IMG/VR virus record: IMGVR_UViG_3300032268_000887
Span: 1 to 64,000 of that record
Length of the DNA: 64,000 bases
Direction: 5' to 3' (one strand)
From: a virus
Positions 27,034 to 36,895 of this stretch are shown piece by piece. The position numbers and the translations under genes were made by a program. Numbering within the stretch: position 1 is the first letter of the stretch; each line of letters starts with the position of its first letter. A model generated the notes under the pieces. It was not told where the DNA came from. It was given only the letters and a program-made list of their open reading frames with translations, and ran no database searches.

Positions 27034-27554
27034 TATGCACTCACCGTATCTATTGGCCCTTTACATGAAGGGGAGTATTCTATTGCTGATGCAACTGCTT
27101 GTCTTACTCTATTTCTAGGATTTTTTTGTTTTTGTGTTGAATATAAAGATCCATATGCATACCCTGATCCAGATCCCATACACAAGAATGGCTGTTGATA
27201 TTCTGTTAAAGACATGTCTATTGCGTTATGCTCAAAGATTCTTCCACGAACACAAATGATCATTCCAAAATCAGCATCTTTAGTCGTATCTACCCACCAC
27301 TCTTCATAAAATTTACGTAATGATTTGATAAATTTTGTATACATAAACTTATCTAAATTTCCTTCTGGTAGTGGCGGTTTAAAGTTATGTCTAATTCTTT
27401 CACCATCCATTGTTCCAGCATATCCAAAAAGATATGGTCCAGTTTTCCAAACTTTGGGAGCGACAATAGACATTATATTATCATCATCAGAGGCACCACG
27501 ATCTCCTGCCATATAGACCTTACCATCTTGTTTAACGACAGCAATGATTGTCAT
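27033..27554 (-). CDS. HslV/proteasome-beta-like Ntn threonine protease
   Basis: M-T-IIAV start, AGD, PKV, MGSGSGYAYG. Confidence 0.7.
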   Translation of the reverse strand: MTIIAVVKQDGKVYMAGDRGASDDDNIMSIVAPKVWKTGPYLFGYAGTMDGERIRHNFKPPLPEGNLDKFMYTKFIKSLRKFYEEWWVDTTKDADFGMIICVRGRIFEHNAIDMSLTEYQQPFLCMGSGSGYAYGSLYSTQKQKNPRNRVRQAVASAIEYSPSCKGPIDTVSA

Positions 27555-27614
27555 AGGCTCCCCTTCACTTTTTCTATTTAAGTATACCAAAAAATTTTGG
27601 CTAGTCAAGCACTA

Positions 27615-28190
27615 TTATTTTATAGTTTGTCCACATGCTGAGCATGTTTTAATTTTGTTTGAGGGTTTTTTTGCTGTAGTTGGAGCAGCCCCACCAAATT
27701 TAGGTCTACCAAAGCCTACAATAGACACTAAAATGTTTTTCTTATTTTTCTTATAAGCACGAAGTTTTTTGCAAACCTCTCCACCATTACGCTGGCTACC
27801 CTTTGGATCTCCGGAAGTGTTACCTTCAACACACCAGACTGTTCCGTCTCCATTGTCTGCTACTACTATTGCTACGTGGCTAATTCTATCTACCCCGTCA
27901 GATGGAAAATCAAAATATGCAATGTCTCCTGGCTCTGGATCTGCTAAGTCTCCGTCAATCCAACTACCTGCTTTTTTAAATGCTGCTGCTCCACCAGGCG
28001 TGTAAACAGTGTTAGGAATTTTTACTCCTGCTTCATTCCCGCACCAGTTTACAAAAGATCCGCACCATGGTTGAAAGTCTGCCTTAGTAAATTTACCATA
28101 CTTAGTTTCATTATCTTTAGGACCTTCAACAGTTCCTACTTCTGAAGTAGCAACTTCAATAAGACGGGCTGCTGTACCTTGCTCCGCCAT
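27615..28190 (-). CDS. CHAP-domain endolysin
   Basis: PWCGSFV, PGDI, SHVAIV, VEGNT, VGFGRP. Confidence 0.85.
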   Translation of the reverse strand: MAEQGTAARLIEVATSEVGTVEGPKDNETKYGKFTKADFQPWCGSFVNWCGNEAGVKIPNTVYTPGGAAAFKKAGSWIDGDLADPEPGDIAYFDFPSDGVDRISHVAIVVADNGDGTVWCVEGNTSGDPKGSQRNGGEVCKKLRAYKKNKKNILVSIVGFGRPKFGGAAPTTAKKPSNKIKTCSACGQTIK

Positions 28191-28336
28191 TATTTACTAC
28201 CTTTTTTTGTTTTGTATGGACCTAAGTCCGCTTTAACGGTACCGTCTTTTCTTAAACGAACAATTCTTCCGTCTTTAATTTGCATTGCGTTAAATCCATA
28301 ATCTTTAAAATAAGAGGCAGATGATCTGTTAGCCAT
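28190..28336 (-). CDS. small basic protein (48 aa, MANRSSASYF...)
   Basis: Translated by hand; TAATG coupling on both sides. Confidence 0.55.
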   Translation of the reverse strand: MANRSSASYFKDYGFNAMQIKDGRIVRLRKDGTVKADLGPYKTKKGSK

Positions 28337-28740
28337 TATTTAATCCAATCAGTGTCTACTGGCTGTTCTTCTGGCATTGCACCATCAGGTTTGTTTAGTC
28401 TCCGTGCTTTTGCTTCATCAATTTCTGATTCAAGTTTTTTATCTGCTAATGTATTTTTAGAATCCATTTCTTTATTAGACAACTGTGCATCCATAATATC
28501 TTTTGCACCAGACTGACCAATTAAAATACCTGCAAGCGTTCCAGTAATAAAAGTTGCTACGCTACCCAAAACATTAAAAAACATTTTGTCGTTTTCAGAT
28601 TGACCAATTAGTGGTTGCTCAACAAAAACGAGGGCATATAAAATACCCATTGTTGTAAAGAATAAAATTGCTCCTAAAGTAAGACCTAATACAAACTTTA
28701 ATAAACCATCTAGTTCTGCTTGCGTTCTACGTTTACCCAT
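28336..28740 (-). CDS. 2-TM membrane protein (possible holin/lysis accessory)
   Basis: Two hydrophobic segments, charged tail; upstream of the endolysin. Confidence 0.55.
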   Translation of the reverse strand: MGKRRTQAELDGLLKFVLGLTLGAILFFTTMGILYALVFVEQPLIGQSENDKMFFNVLGSVATFITGTLAGILIGQSGAKDIMDAQLSNKEMDSKNTLADKKLESEIDEAKARRLNKPDGAMPEEQPVDTDWIK

Positions 28741-28918
28741 TGTCAGTTTCCTTTACTAAATCTTTTGTACATGTACCGCTTGCCTCACACTCTGGCGGAA
28801 TGCACTTTGTTTCTTTCCAGTTTGCTGGGTCTTGACAGGCATACCTGTAGCGACTTGAACAAGCAGAAAGGCTCATTACAAGTATACCGCAAAGTAGGGC
28901 TGAGGTCAACTTTTTCAT
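28733..28918 (-). CDS. small lipoprotein
   Basis: Lipobox LSAC; four further Cys. Confidence 0.6.
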   Translation of the reverse strand: MKKLTSALLCGILVMSLSACSSRYRYACQDPANWKETKCIPPECEASGTCTKDLVKETDNG

Positions 28919-28978
28919 ATTAATATTATACTATACATTAAGATAATGTTTTATAGTATTATTAATAGGATAGTGTTA

Positions 28979-29158
28979 TTACTCTTCCCCTTTTTCACGA
29001 ATGCCCATAGTTAAAAACCATAGGGCTACTGAGGCTATAGTTACATATCCTACTACTGTTTTTGCGCTGCCCTCAAGTACTACCCAGGCTACGAAAAACC
29101 CTAGAAATGTAAAGTTTTCATTTAGGGCTGCCATGCCCCATTTTTTTAACCATTTCAT
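28979..29158 (-). CDS. small membrane protein
   Basis: Two hydrophobic segments; GGAGG SD. Confidence 0.55.
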   Translation of the reverse strand: MKWLKKWGMAALNENFTFLGFFVAWVVLEGSAKTVVGYVTIASVALWFLTMGIREKGEE

Positions 29159-29159
29159 T

Positions 29160-31763
29160 TTATTTCCTCCTTCTTGATGCAGTTCCAACTATCACTTGGC
29201 CAGCAATGATTGTTACAACTACAATATCTTCCGCTTTTTCACGTTCTGGAATAGACATATCAGCACCGATGTTAAGCAAGGCTTTTCCTAACTCACACTT
29301 TTGCTCTTCTGTCAAACCTTCTATTGCTTGTTCTGGATTAAAACACCCAGCAATCGCTTCTGCTAATGCTGCTGGGTTTTCTAACACAAGTAATGCAGAT
29401 GCTACCTCTGCTTGAATTACTACGGGGTTTCCATTAATGTCTTCTCTTACTTCTACTGGAATTGTAGGAGGAAGATCACGATATTCAAGTCCCGCCGATT
29501 CTATGTTTGCAGCAGTTACTGGTGCTCCTTCTGCTGAGGTTACCAATACATCTGCAACTAGATCCTTTTCTGCTAAAGTAAATTTACCGTCTTCAGATAA
29601 GACTTCAGATAAATTAGCAACTTCTTCAATTGTTATTTCTCCATCTGCAGATAACATTTCTGTAATAAAATCTGCTTCTGATTCTGTTAATCCACCCTCT
29701 GATAATGTTGATGAAACTTCTGCAGCAATTTCTTCAGATACTTCTCCACCATTAGCAATCGCCTCTAAAACTTCGGTAACTTCAGAAGCATCCAAACCAC
29801 TATCTGAAACCAAATCACTAACTATATCTTGCACTTCTTCTACAGATAAGGTATCATTATCTTGTGCAATTTCTTCAAAAGAATCCTGACTTTCTTCAAG
29901 AATATTTTCTAGTTCATCGTTGGATGAAGATTCATCAGATTCAGGTGTATCCGTTTCAGGAGATTCAATTTCTTCGGAAGGCACTTCTTCAGCAGGGATC
30001 TCTTCCACAGGAGTTTCCTCTACAGGAATCTCTTCTGTTTCTGTACTCTCCTCTTCAGTTGGAATGGTCTCGTCTGGTAAGGTTTGTTCAGGCGCATAAA
30101 TAAAAACTGGCTCTGGGGCTGGGGCTATAATAATTTCTTCTGGTGCGGGTATAGAAATAACAACCTCTGTATATTCACTTACAGGTCCAGACCAGTTAGC
30201 AACTCTAACAGTATAAGTAGCGCCTTCTGTCAAACCACTTAATTCAATAGATGCAGGAGCACCATCTGTATTGTATGTTCCACCAGCATATGGATTTTCT
30301 GCATCAGGATCTTCAGTTACTACCTGATAAAACCAAGTGTTTCCTTCATACCCTGTTGGCATATCTACTTCAACATACATCAATGGACCAACTGCTGGGA
30401 TTGTAATAATGGGTGCTGGAGTTGGAATATTAGCACTAATTGCTGTAGTTAACTCTTGAGCATTTGTGTTTAATTGTGTTTGTAAGTTTGTCTTACTAGA
30501 TACCGCTGAGTTTACGGTATTAGTTAAAGATGTTGTATTAATAGCATTTATTGCTGATGTGTTTGTAGTATTTTGAGCAACTACTGGAGTAAGGCTTGAA
30601 TTTAGTTGTGCAATAGTTGCATTTGCTGCATCAACTGCTGCTTGAACTGTTTCTGTGTTTGGATCTACATACGGAGTAAATGCTGCACCTTGACTTATTT
30701 GTCCAGCAAAACCTGCTCCAACATTAGTATCTGTAATTGGAATAAGTGCGCCATTGGTTGTTTCTCTAACATTAAATCTTGCTTGATCTGGTATTGGCCC
30801 ATTAGCAGTTACACTTGCCATCCAAGCACCATCATTTGGATTTACATCAGCATTAAATCTTATTTGAACCATTTGTGTAGAAGCGTCTTGTTGTGGGTAT
30901 GGACGTAGGTCCCAAGCAATATCTAAACTTGTACCAGTTGTTGCATAAGTAATACCTGTTCCTGTGCTCCAGGTTGTCCAGTCCCATCCCGCTATAGATA
31001 CCGATGGGGCACTTGGAGTTGTATGGTATATGGCACCCTCATTTACACCAAATGTTATAGTTGCATTAGACCCAACATAAACGTTGTTATAAACAGTTCC
31101 ACCCATTTGCATTCCAAACGGAAGATTCATTTGAATACCAGCATCATCTACACCAGCAAGGACATTTGTACTTGTTCCAATAGTAGCCTGCAAATTATTT
31201 ACTGCTGTTTGTGCATTATCAATTGCAATGTTGGCTTGAGTTAGTTCGGTTTGTGCGGTGGCTTGTGCTGTTGTTGCTGTTGTTTTTGCTGCAACGGCTT
31301 CAGATATTTGTACCTGTGCAGTAGATGTGTCAATATTATTTATGGAGGTTTGGCCTGTTGTAATTGTATTTTTTGCATCTATAACTATTTGAGAACTTTG
31401 ATCTATTGGAGTAACGGTTAAGTTTATGTTATTAATTGTTGCAGTGGCTGTGTCTACTAAGGCTATATTTGATTGTGCTATTACTACTGTGGCTGTTACT
31501 GTGTCTACCGCTGCCTGAGCCTCTACCCTTTCAGCAACTGCTACTGCTATGGTGGCGGTGGCGCTATCAGTGGCTGTAATAGCCTGCTGAACCTCTGTAA
31601 TAGCCGTTTCAAGGGCTGTATTAACTGCCTGTTGGGCAGGACTTATAACGACTTGCTCTTGATTATCTGTAGCATAAGCCTCATTGGGCGCCATAAAAGC
31701 AAAAACGGTTATGCACAAGGCAGAACCGAATATAATAAAAAATTTACGTTTTATACTATTCAA
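29160..31763 (-). CDS. large secreted/surface protein (signal peptide, Ala/Thr coiled coil, NIDO-like and FN3-like domains, acidic stalk, C-terminal TM)
   Basis: AYA cleavage site; DDA..MNLPF..YNNVYVGSN; LSGLTEGATYTVRV; E/P-rich region; VVVTIIAGQVIVG-RRRK. Confidence 0.65.
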   Translation of the reverse strand: MNSIKRKFFIIFGSALCITVFAFMAPNEAYATDNQEQVVISPAQQAVNTALETAITEVQQAITATDSATATIAVAVAERVEAQAAVDTVTATVVIAQSNIALVDTATATINNINLTVTPIDQSSQIVIDAKNTITTGQTSINNIDTSTAQVQISEAVAAKTTATTAQATAQTELTQANIAIDNAQTAVNNLQATIGTSTNVLAGVDDAGIQMNLPFGMQMGGTVYNNVYVGSNATITFGVNEGAIYHTTPSAPSVSIAGWDWTTWSTGTGITYATTGTSLDIAWDLRPYPQQDASTQMVQIRFNADVNPNDGAWMASVTANGPIPDQARFNVRETTNGALIPITDTNVGAGFAGQISQGAAFTPYVDPNTETVQAAVDAANATIAQLNSSLTPVVAQNTTNTSAINAINTTSLTNTVNSAVSSKTNLQTQLNTNAQELTTAISANIPTPAPIITIPAVGPLMYVEVDMPTGYEGNTWFYQVVTEDPDAENPYAGGTYNTDGAPASIELSGLTEGATYTVRVANWSGPVSEYTEVVISIPAPEEIIIAPAPEPVFIYAPEQTLPDETIPTEEESTETEEIPVEETPVEEIPAEEVPSEEIESPETDTPESDESSSNDELENILEESQDSFEEIAQDNDTLSVEEVQDIVSDLVSDSGLDASEVTEVLEAIANGGEVSEEIAAEVSSTLSEGGLTESEADFITEMLSADGEITIEEVANLSEVLSEDGKFTLAEKDLVADVLVTSAEGAPVTAANIESAGLEYRDLPPTIPVEVREDINGNPVVIQAEVASALLVLENPAALAEAIAGCFNPEQAIEGLTEEQKCELGKALLNIGADMSIPEREKAEDIVVVTIIAGQVIVGTASRRRK

Positions 31764-31836
31764 TTGGGTGGGTCTCCAATGTATCTCTACACTGCCAATT
31801 ATATCATTTATTAATTAATTAATGATAATAAAAAAT

Positions 31837-31870
31837 AAAAAAGAGGGTAGAAATTAATCTACCCTCAATT
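31837..31870 (-). terminator. rho-independent terminator
   Basis: GAGGGTAGA-TTAATT-TCTACCCTC-TTTTTT on the minus strand. Confidence 0.75.
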
Positions 31871-31885
31871 TTTATAAGGAGTTTA

Positions 31886-33484
31886 TTAAGCCTTTACCTT
31901 TTTTTGAATCTTAAGAACTAGGTTCATAATAGTTGTAATTAAGGCTTTAAGTTGTGCTACAACTACAGATAATGCAGCCACAGCAGCAAGTGCTTGTGAT
32001 GCTGAATCAGTAACTGTTGCAGATGCTGACACCTTTACTTGACCTGCTGCTGGTAAATCAGTTCCACCAGTTGCGCTGATAGTAACTGCTCCTGCAGATA
32101 ATGGCATGTAAACTTTGTAAGTTTTTACACCATCTGCGTCAGTTGTAATAGATGTTGCAGTAATAGTATCGCTTGATCCACCAAAAGAATAACTTGTAGT
32201 AATTCCTGTAGAAGCAAGTAGGCTAGCATATGTCTTTCCAGACAATACTGCACCTGTTGCATCAATTGGTGAAAGAGTAATTGTGGCTTGCTCTCCTGCT
32301 ACATAGTTTGCTTTATCAAAAGCCAACTTAATAGAAGCAACGGCAGCCTCTACACGCACAGTAACTGTGTCTGCAGAGATTGTTCCACTCTTTACTACTA
32401 CCCCTGCTGAACCAGTCTTAACACCAGCCAAAGAGAACAACGCTGCACCATTAGAAATGGAAGCAGTTGTTGCTGAATTGCTGATTACTGTAAGATCGTT
32501 TGAAGTAACTGTTAATGTTCCCGCTCCTACAACTACGCCAGCAGCATCATATGCTACGGCAGAAATTGCGTCTGCGTTAGAACCTACAGCAATTGCTGGC
32601 TTCTTTACAGTTGTAACAACTTTGGCAATGTCACCATAAAATGTTACTTTCTCTGTTGCTAACAATGCTCCAGACTGTGAAGTAAGTGTAATTGTTCCTA
32701 CTCCAGATGTTCCATCAGAGAATACTCCAATGTAGTTTCCTGCAGGCACAACTAATGATCGACCAAGACCGTTAATTGTTGTATGGTTTGTACCATATCC
32801 TAACATACCTGCTCCTGAGATTGTTGCAGTAACAGATTCTGAAGCAGAAGCGTTAACAGCATTCTTTTGAGTTAAAACAATAACTGCTGCTGCATCAGAT
32901 GAGACTGTCTTTGAAGCATATACAGTGGCATCTGTTGTTGCTGAAATTGTTTCTCCAGTATTAATAAAAGATGTTGTATAAGCAGTTGATGCCTTAAGGT
33001 CTGGAGCGGTAACAGTAACTGTCCATGTAATGGCAGCAGATGTAACTGAACCAGATGCGCTAGTCAATGTAGGAATAAATCTAACTACATATGATCCAGC
33101 AACGGTAGGCACATAAAATGATGATGTTAACTTTGCAGTAACATAACCAGAAGTATTAGTTGCTGGTGATACTGCTGCTGTTTTTGTGTCTGCTGATAAT
33201 GCCACTGTTGCGCTAGATGTTTCTGTAACGGCAAACTGTGGAACGCTAGCAGTAGATGGGGCAGATAGTACTGCAGATATTACCGAAACGGTATCTCCAA
33301 CACTTGTTCCCAAAAATGATACTGATACTACTGCTGTTGCAGTCTCACCAGGATTAATTGTATCTGCTACGGCATCAATGGTGACAACGTCAGCATATAC
33401 TGTAGCCTGCGTCGGAAGTGCCGACATCACGCCAAGTGTTAAGGCTGCAGCCAAAACGGTGGCAATTTTCTTGAATGAATTCAT
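31886..33484 (-). CDS. S-layer-like / Ig-domain cell-surface protein of host type
   Basis: MNSFKKIA signal peptide, A/T/S/V-rich beta domains, C-terminal helix ...LVLKIQKKVKA; GAGGAG SD; own terminator. Confidence 0.6.
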   Translation of the reverse strand: MNSFKKIATVLAAALTLGVMSALPTQATVYADVVTIDAVADTINPGETATAVVSVSFLGTSVGDTVSVISAVLSAPSTASVPQFAVTETSSATVALSADTKTAAVSPATNTSGYVTAKLTSSFYVPTVAGSYVVRFIPTLTSASGSVTSAAITWTVTVTAPDLKASTAYTTSFINTGETISATTDATVYASKTVSSDAAAVIVLTQKNAVNASASESVTATISGAGMLGYGTNHTTINGLGRSLVVPAGNYIGVFSDGTSGVGTITLTSQSGALLATEKVTFYGDIAKVVTTVKKPAIAVGSNADAISAVAYDAAGVVVGAGTLTVTSNDLTVISNSATTASISNGAALFSLAGVKTGSAGVVVKSGTISADTVTVRVEAAVASIKLAFDKANYVAGEQATITLSPIDATGAVLSGKTYASLLASTGITTSYSFGGSSDTITATSITTDADGVKTYKVYMPLSAGAVTISATGGTDLPAAGQVKVSASATVTDSASQALAAVAALSVVVAQLKALITTIMNLVLKIQKKVKA

Positions 33485-33498
33485 CTTTCTCCTCATAT

Positions 33499-35280
33499 CT
33501 ATAGTAAATTGAACCTATCCAAATATTCTTTTACGTCATCTGGTATAGGCTTATATTGTATCACGTTATCAGGTAGGTCGTCAACTTGCCTTGGCCTATC
33601 TTTAAATGTGTGAACCTCTATTTCTTGATTTACATTTTTAGGTGTAAAACTAATGGCACCAAAGACCGCCCCACAAACGGCATCTGCCAAATCTTTAGAC
33701 TTTTTGCGTGGGTGGTCTACTTTTTTATCATTAATTATTTTAAGTTCTCCCATTTCTTCTAACAAGAGGGGGATTAATGGCATAGCAACTCTCTCTTCAT
33801 AAATTAACATAGCAAAATCTTCATAATGTTTTTTGGCAACAGATACAGTATCAGTCCTAATACCAACAGACTTTAGTTCTTGTTGAATATCAAATGACTG
33901 CCATCGGTCAAATGTGACCATGCCAATATTAAATCCTTGCCTTCTAAGATTAATAATCCAGTTTTTTACATCGCTAAGATTAACTGGGCCTTCGACTTTT
34001 GGTTCCCACCAAGCAACAGCATCAACAATAACAACTGGAGCAATCTGTTCATAGTCTTTTAAAACTTGAACATTTACCCATTTGTCAACATGTGCTATTG
34101 CTACGGCGCACTTATCATGTTTTTGTGCAAGGTCAGCATGAATATAATAAATCTTTTCTGGATCTGGTTTAAAAGAAGAATCAAACCTTTTGTTATTATC
34201 TATTGGATTTCTTAAAGACATACATTTTTCTAGTTTATCTCTTTGTTTAAAAAAAGCATCAGACGAATACGTTGGCTTGCATGCAAAACGCATTAAGGCA
34301 TCTCCAGGATCTGTAAAAAATGATAACTTAAAATCTTCAATTTTTCTTGTTGGGTTTACTTCCCATGTTGGTCTTTTGATTGCCAATACTCCTGGAAATT
34401 TGTATGACTTAATATAATCTTCGTCCCAATTTATTTCAAAAGTGTTGTCTGGGTTGTCTTCTGGCAATGCTGGATTAATTATAAACGTATGTTTTTTTTC
34501 AATAATTTCTTTTTCTGCAATTACATCTTCATATCTTTTAGAAATAAAATCTCCAACATACCTTGGAAAAGATAAGAGTGCAACTTTTCCTAAATCTGGA
34601 AAACGAGAATCTACTGATCCACGAAATGCTTTATAGATATTTTCCGCAGTTTTGCCTTGCTCATTTGCGGTTCCAACTTCTGATGCAAAACCAGAAATCT
34701 CATCAAGCACTGCAAGTATTAAGTTTAAGCCTTCATGAGACTCTCTTTCTGAATGTCCAGAATAAACTGTTATTGATTTATTAAACTCTACGCTATCTGC
34801 TTTAGCATAAAATTTTCCAGCAAACCATGGAGAAGATTCTATCTTTGTTTTAAAACCTTTAAAGAAAACGTTCTTTGCTTGTTGTGCATTTATGGCAACG
34901 TTAATCAAATCTATAGCGTCCCCACTTGGTTTACCAAAATATTTTGCTGGGTCTTTAAGGCATAAAAGTTTATAAACTAAATATGCACATCCTACTGTAG
35001 ATGTAAAGTCTTTTCCGCTACCCTTGCCAAGTTGTAAAATGATTTCATTTTTTGTATATTTATCATAATGGGCACTTCCATTATTTGTACCCATCAGATC
35101 TTCAAGATCTTTTTTATAATAAATTTGACTCATGGCCTCTACAATGTTATATTGTATTTCTGACAGTGGTGGCTGCCCAAGATAGTTTGAGGACTCAACA
35201 AATGTTTTTACATCTACCGGATTTTCTTCAAAAACATTATCTGTTAAGACATCAAGAAAATCATTAAACGTCTTGGACAA
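33499..35280 (-). CDS. terL: terminase large subunit
   Basis: LGKGSGKD Walker A, AVLDE Walker B, HADLA and KDLADAV RNase-H-like nuclease motifs. Confidence 0.85.
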   Translation of the reverse strand: MSKTFNDFLDVLTDNVFEENPVDVKTFVESSNYLGQPPLSEIQYNIVEAMSQIYYKKDLEDLMGTNNGSAHYDKYTKNEIILQLGKGSGKDFTSTVGCAYLVYKLLCLKDPAKYFGKPSGDAIDLINVAINAQQAKNVFFKGFKTKIESSPWFAGKFYAKADSVEFNKSITVYSGHSERESHEGLNLILAVLDEISGFASEVGTANEQGKTAENIYKAFRGSVDSRFPDLGKVALLSFPRYVGDFISKRYEDVIAEKEIIEKKHTFIINPALPEDNPDNTFEINWDEDYIKSYKFPGVLAIKRPTWEVNPTRKIEDFKLSFFTDPGDALMRFACKPTYSSDAFFKQRDKLEKCMSLRNPIDNNKRFDSSFKPDPEKIYYIHADLAQKHDKCAVAIAHVDKWVNVQVLKDYEQIAPVVIVDAVAWWEPKVEGPVNLSDVKNWIINLRRQGFNIGMVTFDRWQSFDIQQELKSVGIRTDTVSVAKKHYEDFAMLIYEERVAMPLIPLLLEEMGELKIINDKKVDHPRKKSKDLADAVCGAVFGAISFTPKNVNQEIEVHTFKDRPRQVDDLPDNVIQYKPIPDDVKEYLDRFNLL

Positions 35281-35797
35281 TTGTAATCACCTCATTTTCT
35301 TTGGCAATATCGGATAGCCTTCTCATGATTTTATCTCTTACCTCTGGATGCTCGCTTGCAATGTCTCTTAATATTTCAACAAGAATTTCTTGTCTTTTTT
35401 CTATTTCAACTATTTCTTCAGCCAATTCTTTATTTTCTAATAAGCCTGCCTTTTGTAACATTTCAATTCTAGCCTTTTCAATATCTACAACCAACTTAAT
35501 TGCTTGAGTTTTTGCTGAAAGATTATTTGTTAGGCTGGCCTCATCAATAACTTCGTATGCTTTTGTAATTAATTTGCCATAGTGAGCGTCCATTGATGCC
35601 ATTGCTTCTTTGGCACGTGCACGAATTGCATCGTTAGCCGAAGCCATGACTTTCCACTCATTGATCAATGCAACAACACGAGTTCTAGGGATATCTAGAT
35701 CTTTAGATATCTTTGTTGGATCACTTCCTTTTAGATATTCTTCAACTACTTGGTTGACTTGATCTAAATGTTTTACTATTTCTTGTTCTTGTGACAT
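35264..35797 (-). CDS. putative terminase small subunit (HTH + coiled coil)
   Basis: N-terminal HTH; immediately upstream of terL. Confidence 0.5.
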   Translation of the reverse strand: MSQEQEIVKHLDQVNQVVEEYLKGSDPTKISKDLDIPRTRVVALINEWKVMASANDAIRARAKEAMASMDAHYGKLITKAYEVIDEASLTNNLSAKTQAIKLVVDIEKARIEMLQKAGLLENKELAEEIVEIEKRQEILVEILRDIASEHPEVRDKIMRRLSDIAKENEVITIVQDV

Positions 35798-35799
35798 TT

Positions 35800-36570
35800 T
35801 TAACTCCCCTGCTTGTACAAACTATAATAAATATTTGCCCAGAATTCATGATACGCTTCTCCAAAATGTGTACCGTCTCTAGCAGATATGGCATATTCAT
35901 TATCAGGATATCTTATGCAAAATTTTTCAACACTTGCATCTAAAACGTTTTTGTCTATTTCAAAAAATCTATTTAAATCCATTGTAGGAAAATGGTTATC
36001 GTATGAAAAATAGTATAGTTTAATGTCATTTGATTTACAAAACATTTCTAAAAACATTAAGTAGTGAAATGAATGAACTTGAACGATGGGATAGTATTCA
36101 TCTGATTTATAATTTTTATATACAGCATGGTGAATGTTTTTTTCATGGTCTTGGTTATCATTAGGCATATAAACATATCTTCGTTTTAAAGGTGGCAACA
36201 AAATAAAAATTAAATCTGGTTTATTGAAACTATTAATATATTTAAAAACATTGGCAACAATGTCACAAATACCAGTTCCAGGTATTGCTAAATTAAAAAA
36301 TCCAGAAACAGAAGTTTCTTGTTTTATTTTATAATATAATTTTTTAGCCCAAGTTTCATCTTCTAGCAGGCCTTGGCCATATGCAACAGAACATCCAGAA
36401 AATAGTATGTGTTTTCCTTCATGATTTTTTTTAAATTCATCACATCTAAATGCCCTGCTATTAAGTCTTAAATCTGGATAGACAGAGTCTTGAACTAGCC
36501 CTTCAAATCCAGTTAGTTCCATTTCAAATAAATTAGGTACTTTTTGACCAACGTTTAGGGAATCAGACAT
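35800..36570 (-). CDS. SGNH-like protein (paralog of 8006)
   Basis: HILFSGCSVAYG, FNLAIPG, DGTHFG. Confidence 0.55.
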   Translation of the reverse strand: MSDSLNVGQKVPNLFEMELTGFEGLVQDSVYPDLRLNSRAFRCDEFKKNHEGKHILFSGCSVAYGQGLLEDETWAKKLYYKIKQETSVSGFFNLAIPGTGICDIVANVFKYINSFNKPDLIFILLPPLKRRYVYMPNDNQDHEKNIHHAVYKNYKSDEYYPIVQVHSFHYLMFLEMFCKSNDIKLYYFSYDNHFPTMDLNRFFEIDKNVLDASVEKFCIRYPDNEYAISARDGTHFGEAYHEFWANIYYSLYKQGS

Positions 36571-36895
36571 TTTTTTCTTTAGCCACCTTTAGTAAAATTA
36601 AATATCCAATTAAATCATCAATATCATTGTCCCCAATCATTGCTGTTCCCTTCATTAAACGACTCAATTTATCGTCTATTCTTACATGAAGTTGTTCTAT
36701 AGGGTTGGCTTTACTAAAAATTCTTACAGGCTTTAATGCAGAATCTCCATAGGATATGTTTTTTTCAATTAACATTTGGGCTATTGCTAAACAGTTCATT
36801 AGAATATCTGTTCCAGATGGGGCAGATAAAGCATGCATATATAAATCATTGTAAACAAAATGATCAACATCTTGATACACTGGAACTGGTTTCAT
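36563..36895 (-). CDS. nucleotide-modification-associated domain 1 (Nmad1/DUF1599-like)
   Basis: KNISYGDS...RIDDKLSR...DLIGY. Confidence 0.65.
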   Translation of the reverse strand: MKPVPVYQDVDHFVYNDLYMHALSAPSGTDILMNCLAIAQMLIEKNISYGDSALKPVRIFSKANPIEQLHVRIDDKLSRLMKGTAMIGDNDIDDLIGYLILLKVAKEKNV

